Under the pieces are notes generated by a model that had not been told where the DNA came from, ran no database searches, and saw only the letters and a program-made list of their open reading frames with translations. Below, one piece after another: positions 1-7,259 of a DNA stretch of 17,375 nt (position 1 is the first letter of the stretch; each line of letters opens with the position of its first letter). Origin of the DNA: Snowella sp. GTDB lineage: Bacteria > Cyanobacteriota > Cyanobacteriia > Cyanobacteriales > Microcystaceae. The position numbers and the translations under genes were made by a program. The stretch covers positions 1-17,375 of the forward strand of contig JAYKGY010000027.1 in NCBI GenBank assembly GCA_035285545.1, written 5' to 3'.

Positions 1-108
1 ATCTCTGAAAGACTCAATATTTCTGCAATAGTCACATTAGATGGTGATTTTGATATTTACCGACGTTATCGAAAACAACCTTTTGCAAGAGTCTATTTAG
101 ATCCATAA
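1..108 (+). CDS. 3' end of PIN-domain (VapC-like) toxin, partial at window edge
   Basis: Frame 1 reads ISERLNISAIVTLDGDFDIYRRYRKQPFARVYLDP*. ERLNI..I.TLD.DF.IYR is the typical C-terminal motif of cyanobacterial VapC/PIN toxins. Not in the ORF track. Confidence 0.8.
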   Translation: MSERLNISAIVTLDGDFDIYRRYRKQPFARVYLDP

Positions 109-157
109 AACTGAGAAGCAATAGTTAGATGACAACAAAGTATTATGGTGAACAATC

Positions 158-385
158 ATGATTCAACTACCAATAACCCTAGAACAACTGATTACAACTG
201 TACAACAACTACAACCCAGCGATCGCGCCCAAGTAGCCAAAGCCTTAATTCAAATAGAATTAAAATCAGACCTCACAAATTTACTTGAAGAACTGTATAG
301 CCAAACCCCTATAGATGAAATCACAGACACCGAAATTATGAACGAAATTAAAGCTGTACGTCAGCAATCAAGAAACTCGACATGA
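158..385 (+). CDS. Small putative antitoxin (75 aa)
   Basis: Short helical ORF ending EITDTEIMNEIKAVRQ. Its stop overlaps (ATGA, 382-385) a PIN-like start MKLRVVI. Lies among TA genes. Confidence 0.6.
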   Translation: MIQLPITLEQLITTVQQLQPSDRAQVAKALIQIELKSDLTNLLEELYSQTPIDEITDTEIMNEIKAVRQQSRNST

Positions 386-404
386 AATTGAGAGTAGTCA
401 TAGA
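382..404 (+). pseudogene. N-terminal stub of a PIN-family toxin (MKLRVVI...), truncated
   Basis: ATG at 382 is translationally coupled to the upstream ORF. MKLRVVI followed by GA matches the start of PIN toxins (M.LRVVIDTNV). The sequence then switches to unrelated DNA and the frame stops at 424-426. Confidence 0.6.
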
Positions 405-485
405 GAAAAAGAAATCGATCGCTTAGTTTATCAACTGTATGGCTTGACAGAAGAAGAGATTAAAATAGTAGAAGGGCAGAGGTGA
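405..485 (+). pseudogene. C-terminal tail remnant of a type IIG (Eco57I-like) restriction-modification / N6-adenine methylase gene, copy 1
   Basis: Translates EKEIDRLVYQLYGLTEEEIKIVEGQR* with no start codon of its own. IDxLVYxLYGLTEEEIxIVE is the characteristic extreme C-terminus of these enzymes. Confidence 0.8.
416..432 (+). repeat. Direct repeat core CGATCGCTTAGTTTATC (left copy)
   Basis: 16/17 identity with 1267-1283, 851 bp away. Followed by AACT here and TAACT in the right copy. Confidence 0.7.
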
Positions 486-553
486 TAAATAAAAAGTAGA
501 AAGGCAAAAGGAAAAATTAGAGTAACTTTATAAATATCCAATTTAAAAAAACT

Positions 554-880
554 ATGACACTTAAAGAACTAGAAACTCAACTACTCGCACTCTCACCCAC
601 AGAAAAATCTCAAGCAATTCAACTAATCCTTAATAGCCTATTAAATAGTTGGCACGGCATTGAGAAAACCTTAAATGTCTGTGGCGGCGACGCTTGTATT
701 CGTAACACCAGAATTCCCGTTTGGCTATTAGTCAGTTACCAACAACAAGGGCTTAGCGACGCAAAAATATTAGAAGCATATCCAACCCTAAACGCAGTCG
801 ATTTAGCAAATGCTTGGATATACGCCGAAAGCCATCCCCAAGAAATTGCAGCAGCAATCCTTGAAAACGAGGCAGATTAG
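554..880 (+). CDS. DUF433-domain antitoxin
   Basis: VCGGDACIRNTRIPVW...ILEAYPTL DUF433 signature; 3 nt upstream of a DUF5615 gene. Confidence 0.9.
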   Translation: MTLKELETQLLALSPTEKSQAIQLILNSLLNSWHGIEKTLNVCGGDACIRNTRIPVWLLVSYQQQGLSDAKILEAYPTLNAVDLANAWIYAESHPQEIAAAILENEAD

Positions 881-883
881 GTA

Positions 884-1225
884 ATGGTAAAACTCTATGC
901 AGATGAGCAATTCCCATTGCCTGTCGTCAAAATTTTGCGTGCTTTAGGGTATGACATCCTGACCGTACAAGATGCAGGAAAAGCAGACCAAAAAATACCT
1001 GATTCTAAAGTTTTGGAGTATGCAACTAGCCTCAATCGAGCCATTTTAACCATGAATCGCCGTGACTTCATTCGTTTACACGCTCAAGCCACTCAACATA
1101 AAGGCATCGTGATTTGTCGAAGTAGCACCAACTGGGAAAAAATTGCCCAAGCTATACATAATTATCTCTCTCAACTTGAGACTATTGAAGGGCAACTCAT
1201 TAGAATCAAACTACCATCGTTGTAA
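884..1225 (+). CDS. DUF5615-family PIN-like toxin (VapC45-like)
   Basis: KLYADEQFP...LGYDILT...D..VLEYA...RAILTMNRRDF motifs; canonical pairing with DUF433. Confidence 0.9.
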   Translation: MVKLYADEQFPLPVVKILRALGYDILTVQDAGKADQKIPDSKVLEYATSLNRAILTMNRRDFIRLHAQATQHKGIVICRSSTNWEKIAQAIHNYLSQLETIEGQLIRIKLPSL

Positions 1226-1283
1226 AAATCACGCCATGCCGACATAAGCGAATTAGAATAGGCGAGCGATCGCTTAGTCTATC
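1226..1283 (+). pseudogene. Degenerate type IIG RM C-terminal tail remnant, copy 2
   Basis: Directly after the toxin stop it reads KSRHADISELE*ASDRLVY, resembling the family tail ...ADTSELE..IDRLVY. Bases 1267-1283 match 416-432 at 16/17. Confidence 0.6.
1267..1283 (+). repeat. Direct repeat core CGATCGCTTAGTCTATC (right copy)
   Basis: 16/17 identity with 416-432; overlaps a HIP1 site at 1266-1273. Confidence 0.7.
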
Positions 1284-1295
1284 TAACTTTTTATC

Positions 1296-2876
1296 TCAAA
1301 CCATAGCGATATTTTCTAAACGAGAAACATTGGACTGATTTGGAGTGGGCGATCGCCGAGCCGCGAGATATTCCTGAAACGCTAAATGGGAAAAGGAAAA
1401 AATTCCCCGTACCCGTTCAATCAACAGACCATGTTGCAGTTCAATGGCTTTAAGGATACCTTCACTTTCGAGTTGTAATTCTTCGGGTTCGGTCGGCGCA
1501 TTGGGCAGTTGACAGATATAGTCGCTAATTTTTTGCTCAATAGTTTGCTTATCAAAAAAATACTGACCATTTTCTCCGGTCATCGCTGCAATTTGACTGA
1601 GCAAGCGTAATTTATGCGGTAATTCTAAGCCATTACTCACTTCATCCCGTTGGATGCCACGAATTTCATCCCATTTACCTAGCATTAGATCTAAGCATTG
1701 TTTATAAAATTCCGATTCCTGACTAGGAACTTGATTTTGACGGGCATAAACCCCACAAGCCAGATGCAAAAATAGGGGCGTGACAACTAATTGCCGTAAT
1801 CTGAGATTTTCCGGTAAATCGAGTTTTCGGATAAATTGAATGGCTTGCTCCCGTCGATCGCGAATATGGGGTTTCGTCAGGGTCATGAACCATTTATGGG
1901 CAAAAAGCGTGATCTGATCCGCTGAAAAAGAGGCAATTTCGACATCGGTAAAGCCTTTAAAATTAAAGCTTTTGGCTGCGGTTCGGCAGGTCGCAACAAA
2001 CAGATTTTTATGATATTTTTCAGTAAATCGACGTATTTCTTGATAAACCGCATTGAGATGACTATTTAACACCTCATCTAAGCCATCTAACAAGAGTAAA
2101 ACCCGACCTTCTCGAAGCAAGGTATCGATAATGCTAGGTTCTGCAATCCCTGATACCAGAAATTCCGAACGAATATAGTTAAGTAGGCTAAATTCACCGC
2201 TATCTTTGGATTCTTCCGTAAAATCCTTGAGGCTAATAAAAATCGGAACGCGATTACCGGCAAATTCCCCCTGATTACATTTAATGGCAATGTGTTGTAA
2301 AAACGTGGTCTTACCCGCGCCAGGATTGCCTAAAATTCTCAGTTTGGGATAACTTTCAACGGCTCTCATCGCCATTATTCGCTTAGGAAAAGCCGAGCCT
2401 AGACTAACATTTTCAAAGTCTTTCAGCGTCAGATTTTGGATATCACGGGTTTCTAGCCATTGTTGCGAGGCAATTTCTTCTAAAATATTGGCTTCTACAT
2501 AGATTTCTTCTAAATTAACGGGACGGCTGACTTCTAATAGTTGAAGAATGCCGCATTGATCTTGAATTTTGTCGCGACGTTGCGATCGCACCTGTTGAAC
2601 TAGGGCATTAATATGGGTCGCACTTTTTTCGCCAGTTTCTAAGGTTTCCGCCGGAGGATTATCGGCAATTTCTCGCCAGTTTAACTCTAAAATAGAGCAA
2701 ATCTCAATAAAAATGTAGCGTTCAATGGGTTGACCAGTAAAAAATCTCCAAATCGGTTGGCGCGTTTTTAAATTAACCTCAAAGGCCAAATTTTCCTGTG
2801 TCCAACCTTTTCGGGTAAAGGCTTTTTTCGCCTGTCGAATTCCCGCCTGGGAAGCCCTGAGTGATCGTTTTGCCAT
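1296..2876 (-). CDS. NACHT-domain NTPase with N-terminal HTH (Cro/C1-like), probably C-terminally truncated
   Basis: Walker A GNPGAGKTT, Walker B LLLLDGLDE, TCR sensor, PLFL motif and FSFSHLAFQEY winged-helix motif. N-terminal GWTQENLA..V HTH-like segment. Confidence 0.88.
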   Translation of the reverse strand: MAKRSLRASQAGIRQAKKAFTRKGWTQENLAFEVNLKTRQPIWRFFTGQPIERYIFIEICSILELNWREIADNPPAETLETGEKSATHINALVQQVRSQRRDKIQDQCGILQLLEVSRPVNLEEIYVEANILEEIASQQWLETRDIQNLTLKDFENVSLGSAFPKRIMAMRAVESYPKLRILGNPGAGKTTFLQHIAIKCNQGEFAGNRVPIFISLKDFTEESKDSGEFSLLNYIRSEFLVSGIAEPSIIDTLLREGRVLLLLDGLDEVLNSHLNAVYQEIRRFTEKYHKNLFVATCRTAAKSFNFKGFTDVEIASFSADQITLFAHKWFMTLTKPHIRDRREQAIQFIRKLDLPENLRLRQLVVTPLFLHLACGVYARQNQVPSQESEFYKQCLDLMLGKWDEIRGIQRDEVSNGLELPHKLRLLSQIAAMTGENGQYFFDKQTIEQKISDYICQLPNAPTEPEELQLESEGILKAIELQHGLLIERVRGIFSFSHLAFQEYLAARRSPTPNQSNVSRLENIAMV

Positions 2877-3288
2877 AAAGACCTTTATATAAACTCAATA
2901 TAATGTAAATTCTCGAAAAACCATGAAAAAATTAAATTTTTTTTTAAATTGAATTCTACCCAATACGCCTTCAAAAACTTATTAAAATAGCATCAATTCG
3001 CATTATTCGACCTAGCGACTTATTTTTTAGTGTCATCTTAATTCATCCTAATTAATAGAGTTTTTTAGATAAAAATTTGATAATAAGATAGTTTGTTTAA
3101 ATAAAGTAAATTGTTGTTGTGTTCCAGTTAGTTTCTATAACTGGGGCTGAACTGTTAACCATCATAAGCGTAATGATTACTATATACTCTCTGTCTCCCG
3201 TCGTTATTGTGCCTCTCTCTCTAGGGGGATTATCATTTGAATGAGTTACTAATAATATCAATTGTAATTTTGTCGAAAAATATATCCT

Positions 3289-3327
3289 AAAAAAATTAAT
3301 TCTCCCAAATCAGCATAGATAGGGAGA
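3289..3327 (-). terminator. Possible intrinsic terminator downstream of arsH
   Basis: TCTCCC (3301-3306) / GGGAGA (3322-3327) stem with inner ATC/GAT pairing. A U-run follows on the minus strand. Confidence 0.4.
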
Positions 3328-3418
3328 TTAGAGTAAATAGTCCAAAAAGTAAGAACAAATAGTAATTAATAATTGGATTTTGAAGATTTTATGGAGAAAG
3401 GTTTATTAAAAAACTTAA

Positions 3419-4075
3419 TTACATCGTCTTCACATTAATGGAATTTACAAGGGCATTTGCTTCTTTTTCAGCTTTTTCTTTGCGTTCGCTGTAGCGATCT
3501 GTCAGATAATCCACCTTATCTCGCAGTAATAATGTGAATTTATAGAGTTCTTCCATTACGTCCACAACGCGATCGCGGTAAGGTGAGTCCTTCATCGTGC
3601 CATCTTCGTGAAACTCTTGATAAGCCTTGGCGACAGAAGACTGATTGGGAATGGTAAACATCCGCATCCAACGGCCTAGAAGCCTCATGGTATTCACCGC
3701 ATTAAACGATTGAGAACCGCCACTTACCTGCATAACCGCTAACGTTCTACCTTGAGTCGGTCTAACAGCCCCAATACTCAGGGGAATCCAATCAATCTGA
3801 TTTTTCAAAATTCCTGTAATTTGTCCGTGCATTTCGGGGCTACTCCAAACTTGCCCTTCCGACCATTGGCTTAATTCCCGTAGTTCTTGGACTTTGGGAT
3901 GGGTATCGGGGACGCTGCCATAGATAGGCAATTCACGCGGATCAAAGAATTTTACTTCTGCCCCCATTTCCTGAATAATACGGGCTGCTTCTTCTGCAAG
4001 TAATCGGCTATAGGAGCGATCGCGCAATGAGCCATATAAGAACAAAATTCGGGGAGGATGATCAAAATTTGCCAT
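3419..4075 (-). CDS. arsH: Arsenical resistance protein ArsH (NADPH-dependent FMN reductase fold)
   Basis: [56 protein letters not shown] motifs. Confidence 0.96.
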   Translation of the reverse strand: MANFDHPPRILFLYGSLRDRSYSRLLAEEAARIIQEMGAEVKFFDPRELPIYGSVPDTHPKVQELRELSQWSEGQVWSSPEMHGQITGILKNQIDWIPLSIGAVRPTQGRTLAVMQVSGGSQSFNAVNTMRLLGRWMRMFTIPNQSSVAKAYQEFHEDGTMKDSPYRDRVVDVMEELYKFTLLLRDKVDYLTDRYSERKEKAEKEANALVNSINVKTM

Positions 4076-4118
4076 AGGATAAATTAATCAAAAGGTTAAA
4101 AGTAAAAACTAAGCTTTT

Positions 4119-4523
4119 TTACGAGTTACTGGAAAATTGGGATTCAATTAACTGTATTACCCGTTCTTTGACCTCATCTCGGACTCTAGGGAAAATTTCG
4201 GGTTGTTCGGCAGGATCATCCAGTTGCCAATCTTGAAAAACTTCCCGTGTTAACCATTCTTCAGGTAAGTTCACTCCGCAACCACAGAGGGAAATAACAA
4301 TATCAAAATCTTCGGGTTTAAACTCACTCAAGGCTTTTGAGGTTTGATCCGTAATATCAATCCCAATATCTTTCATGGTCGCGATCGCTTCTGGACGAAC
4401 TTGACTGGCTTCGAGACCTGAACTAGTGACTTCGATTTTGCCGTTTCCTAAAATCTTGGCAAAGCCTTCTGCCATCTGGGAACGAGCCGAATTTTTTTTA
4501 CAGACAAACATCACACGTTTCAT
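4119..4523 (-). CDS. arsC: Arsenate reductase, cyanobacterial glutathione/glutaredoxin type (LMW-PTP fold)
   Basis: CKKNSARSQMAEG CX5R loop, SLCGCG resolving cysteines, WQLDDP; ars context. Confidence 0.93.
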   Translation of the reverse strand: MKRVMFVCKKNSARSQMAEGFAKILGNGKIEVTSSGLEASQVRPEAIATMKDIGIDITDQTSKALSEFKPEDFDIVISLCGCGVNLPEEWLTREVFQDWQLDDPAEQPEIFPRVRDEVKERVIQLIESQFSSNS

Positions 4524-4560
4524 GGTTTAAAATCCTTATTTTGAGACTAAAAATGACAAA

Positions 4561-4727
4561 TTACAGAGAGAAATTATGGGGTCTAGCTTTTTAAAAAAAT
4601 CAAAAGGCAACATTCACTCATCCAATCAGTACAGGTGCTTCGACTAAGGGGCCATTGCCCAAAAAATCCAGAGAGTCAGAAAGCGGTCTAGAAAAGAAAG
4701 TTGTTTTACCGATGCTGTATTTGTCAT
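4561..4727 (-). pseudogene. acr3: Acr3-family arsenite efflux pump (cyanobacterial arsB), internally deleted
   Basis: ATG at 4727 gives MTNTASVKQLSFLDRFLTLWIFWAMA, the Acr3 N-terminus. It is joined out of frame near 4651-4654 to GPLVEAPVLIG*VNVAF*F, the Acr3 C-terminal GPLVEVP motif with stops. Confidence 0.92.
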
Positions 4728-4762
4728 GGTAATGTCGAGTCGAAAATCGTAGAGATGGACTA

Positions 4763-4783
4763 ATCATATCAAAAAAAATTGAT
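4763..4783 (-). promoter_or_regulatory. ArsR operator ATCAA-N6-TTGAT abutting a -10 box (TATGAT) of the acr3-arsC-arsH promoter
   Basis: Perfect ATCAA-AAAAAA-TTGAT at 4768-4783, the palindrome known for cyanobacterial ArsR. TATGAT on the minus strand at 4768-4763. Confidence 0.8.
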
Positions 4784-4831
4784 TTATTACCTATGCTAAG
4801 TGAAATGAAATTTGGGAGTGTAGGTTTTATG

Positions 4832-4854
4832 GGACGTAAGCCTTACGCCTCTAT
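4832..4854 (-). repeat. Degenerate GTAG-type REP-like hairpin
   Basis: Minus strand ATAG-AGGCGTAAG-G-CTTACGTCC; same architecture as 9733-9755. Confidence 0.45.
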
Positions 4855-4877
4855 CGAATTTCCTCAGAATGTCGGTT

Positions 4878-5207
4878 TCAGCAAGTACGCAAGGGAATCA
4901 TAGGACTAAATCGTCGGAATTCTGCTAGATATTCTTCTAATACAACAAATTGAGACAAATGAAGGCGATAATAACTCCAACGCCCCTCTTGTCGTGCTTG
5001 GACTAATTGGGCTTCTTTGAGAATTTTTAGATGAAAGGAAAGTTTAGACTGACTAACTTCTAAGCTCTCACAGAGGTCACAAACACAAAGTTCGTGGGAT
5101 CTCAACAGATCGATGATCCGAAGCCGTAACGGATCGGAAAGAGCGTGAAAACCCGCTTCAATATGAGAGAGAGAAGAGGAGACTTGAGACACCAAAATAG
5201 ATTTCAT
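4878..5207 (-). CDS. arsR: ArsR/SmtB-family As(III)-responsive repressor
   Basis: FHALSDPLRL, ELCVCDL metal-binding motif, SQSKLSFHLKILKEA. ATG at 5207 is preferred over the track's 5228 start because an operator overlaps 5206-5221. Confidence 0.92.
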   Translation of the reverse strand: MKSILVSQVSSSLSHIEAGFHALSDPLRLRIIDLLRSHELCVCDLCESLEVSQSKLSFHLKILKEAQLVQARQEGRWSYYRLHLSQFVVLEEYLAEFRRFSPMIPLRTC

Positions 5208-5221
5208 CAATTTTTTTTGTT
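5206..5221. promoter_or_regulatory. Second ArsR operator (autoregulatory), ATCAA-N6-TTGTT
   Basis: One mismatch from the 4768-4783 palindrome; overlaps the likely arsR ATG. Confidence 0.65.
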
Positions 5222-5407
5222 CCAACATTCTAACTTATCGTTATGGAAATCGCTTGCAGGCGATCGCTATTGATGGGAATTGTCCATTTTAGTTTAAAAA
5301 TCTTTTAGCGTTGATGGTTAATAGCCATTTTTCTTTTTCCTTGTTTTCCCTCATATTTCTTTGCTTTGTCGCCAAGTAGAGATCCGTTTTTCTAGGATTT
5401 GGCATAT

Positions 5408-5435
5408 TTGCTAAAGCTCCCTGACCGTTTACACT
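5408..5435 (+). promoter_or_regulatory. Candidate sigma70-type promoter for fabZ
   Basis: TTGCTA (5408-5413), 16-nt spacer, TACACT (5430-5435). Confidence 0.4.
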
Positions 5436-5528
5436 AATAAACTTAAGGATTATTTAATAATTAGCTCCTTAGATTCAAGCTGAGCTTCATCCCTCAGTTG
5501 CCGATGCCCTTGTTCATTCCCCGAATTC

Positions 5529-6032
5529 ATGACTACCACCCTACAACTCGATCCCGCTGAATGTTCTAATCAAACAGCAACCGATACGCCGCCCCAACAA
5601 ACCACTTTTAATGTTGTTGAAATTCAAGATCTCTTGCCCCATCGCTATCCCTTTGCCCTAGTGGATCGCATTTTAGATTACGTTCCGGGGAAACAAGCTG
5701 TCGGTCTGAAAAATGTCACCATTAACGAGCCATTCTTTCCTGGCCATATTCCTGCTCGTCCGATTATGCCGGGGGTTTTAATCGTTGAATCCATGGCCCA
5801 AGTCGGTGGCGTGGTTTTAACCTTGTTACCGGGTATGAAAGGAAAGTTTTTCGCCTTTGCGGGCATTGATGGCGTTCGGTTTCGTCGTCCCGTTATTCCG
5901 GGAGATCAATTGATCATGACGGTAGAATTACTTTCGTTTAAACGCAATCGCATTGCTAAAATGCACGGTAAAGCCGTCGTGGATGAACAGCTTGTGTGTG
6001 AAGGGGAAATGCTGTTTTCCTTAATTGATTAG
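5529..6032 (+). CDS. fabZ: 3-hydroxyacyl-ACP dehydratase
   Basis: [51 protein letters not shown] motifs. Confidence 0.97.
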   Translation: MTTTLQLDPAECSNQTATDTPPQQTTFNVVEIQDLLPHRYPFALVDRILDYVPGKQAVGLKNVTINEPFFPGHIPARPIMPGVLIVESMAQVGGVVLTLLPGMKGKFFAFAGIDGVRFRRPVIPGDQLIMTVELLSFKRNRIAKMHGKAVVDEQLVCEGEMLFSLID

Positions 6033-6183
6033 GAGCTGAAACCCCATTAGCTAGGATTGCTCACCCTAAGTTCAAGCTCCTTATCGGGGTGCGATTTTAA
6101 TGATTAACGACTGATCGGCGATCGCGAGTTTTTCCGGCAACCAAGAATCCCTAGAGAGTCGTTAACCAGGATTGACCCCACGC

Positions 6184-6192
6184 TGTTAAAAT
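6184..6192 (+). promoter_or_regulatory. Candidate extended -10 promoter (TGnTAAAAT) for lpxA
   Basis: TG-T-TAAAAT about 110 nt upstream of the likely start. Confidence 0.35.
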
Positions 6193-6298
6193 GCTGAGTA
6201 ATTTAGCTGGGAACTTTTCCTGTCTCCCCCATACCTAATACTTTGTAAGTTATAAATTAATTTTGATGCTGACCTACCAACGCACGGGAGATGCTTCT

Positions 6299-7093
6299 TT
6301 GAAGACACTGATCCATCCAACAGCAGTTATTCATCCCCTAGCTAATATTCATCCGACGGTTCAAATTGGCCCCTACGCAGTGATTGGCGAAAATGTCAAA
6401 ATTGGCGCAGATACGGTCATTGGCTCCCATGTCGTTATTGAAGGCCCAACGGAAATTGGTGTCGGGAATCGAATTTTTGCGGGTGCGATTATTGGATCAG
6501 AACCTCAAGATTTGAAGTTCAAAGGGGGCGAAAGTTGGGTCAAAATTGGCAATTATAACCAAATTCGGGAATACGTCACCATTAATCGGGCGACGGGAGA
6601 AAATGAAATTACCCAGTTGGGGGATCATAATTTATTGATGGCCTATGCCCATGTGGCCCATAATTGCGTGATTGAAAATGAAGTCATTATTGCTAATTCG
6701 GTCGCGTTAGCGGGACACATTTACATTGAGTCAAAAGCGCGGATTAGTGGCGTTTTAGGGGTACACCAGTTTGTCCATATTGGTAGCTTGGCGATGGTGG
6801 GGGGCATGAGTCGCATTGAACGGGATGTTCCGCCTTTTACGATTGTGGAAGGAAATCCGTCTAGGGTGCGATCGCTGAATTTGATCGGCTTACAACGGTC
6901 GGGGTTGACCAGTGAAGAAATTTCCCAACTCAAAAAAGCATTTCGGTTAGTGTATCGCTCCGATCTGAGCTTTAAAGACGCATTAGACCAATTACAAGAC
7001 CAATCTGGCAATTCATTGGTTAATCATTTTTATCACTTCCTACAAAAATCCACCGCAGGGGAAGGACGACGCGGGCCCATCCCTGGAAAATAA
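6299..7093 (+). CDS. lpxA: UDP-N-acetylglucosamine O-acyltransferase
   Basis: Hexapeptide repeats, PQDLKFKG, IREYVTINRATG, HVAHNC, VHQFVHIG. TTG at 6299 with GGAG at 6287-6290 is preferred over the track's 6263 start. Confidence 0.96.
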   Translation: MKTLIHPTAVIHPLANIHPTVQIGPYAVIGENVKIGADTVIGSHVVIEGPTEIGVGNRIFAGAIIGSEPQDLKFKGGESWVKIGNYNQIREYVTINRATGENEITQLGDHNLLMAYAHVAHNCVIENEVIIANSVALAGHIYIESKARISGVLGVHQFVHIGSLAMVGGMSRIERDVPPFTIVEGNPSRVRSLNLIGLQRSGLTSEEISQLKKAFRLVYRSDLSFKDALDQLQDQSGNSLVNHFYHFLQKSTAGEGRRGPIPGK

Positions 7094-7259
7094 AAGAAAC
7101 TATCAACCCATCAAACACCAAAGGCTTCTTCCGATAAAATGGCTTTTGCCCCTATCCACTGCGAGATGCAATGCTAAAAATGTCACATTGAGCTTATATT
7201 TCGCAGAATTATCTGGCTATACTGAAATATAACGTTCTAAAAAGGCTTTATAGATTATC

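Noticed and set aside
492..512. Heptamer-like run AAAAGTA-GAAAGGC-AAAAGGA resembling cyanobacterial short tandem repeats
   Set aside because: Only three degenerate units in A-rich DNA; not distinguishable from chance.
2877..3288. Long AT-rich intergenic region with a CCAGTTA/TAACTGG hairpin (3124-3144) and a GTAATGATTAC palindrome
   Set aside because: No ORF, repeat array or exact NtcA site (GTA-N8-TAC) found; the hairpins are short and cannot be assigned a function.
6086..6179. Possible SRP RNA or 6S RNA
   Set aside because: No SRP domain IV motif is visible on either strand and the stem is too short for 6S RNA; kept only as an unassigned structure.
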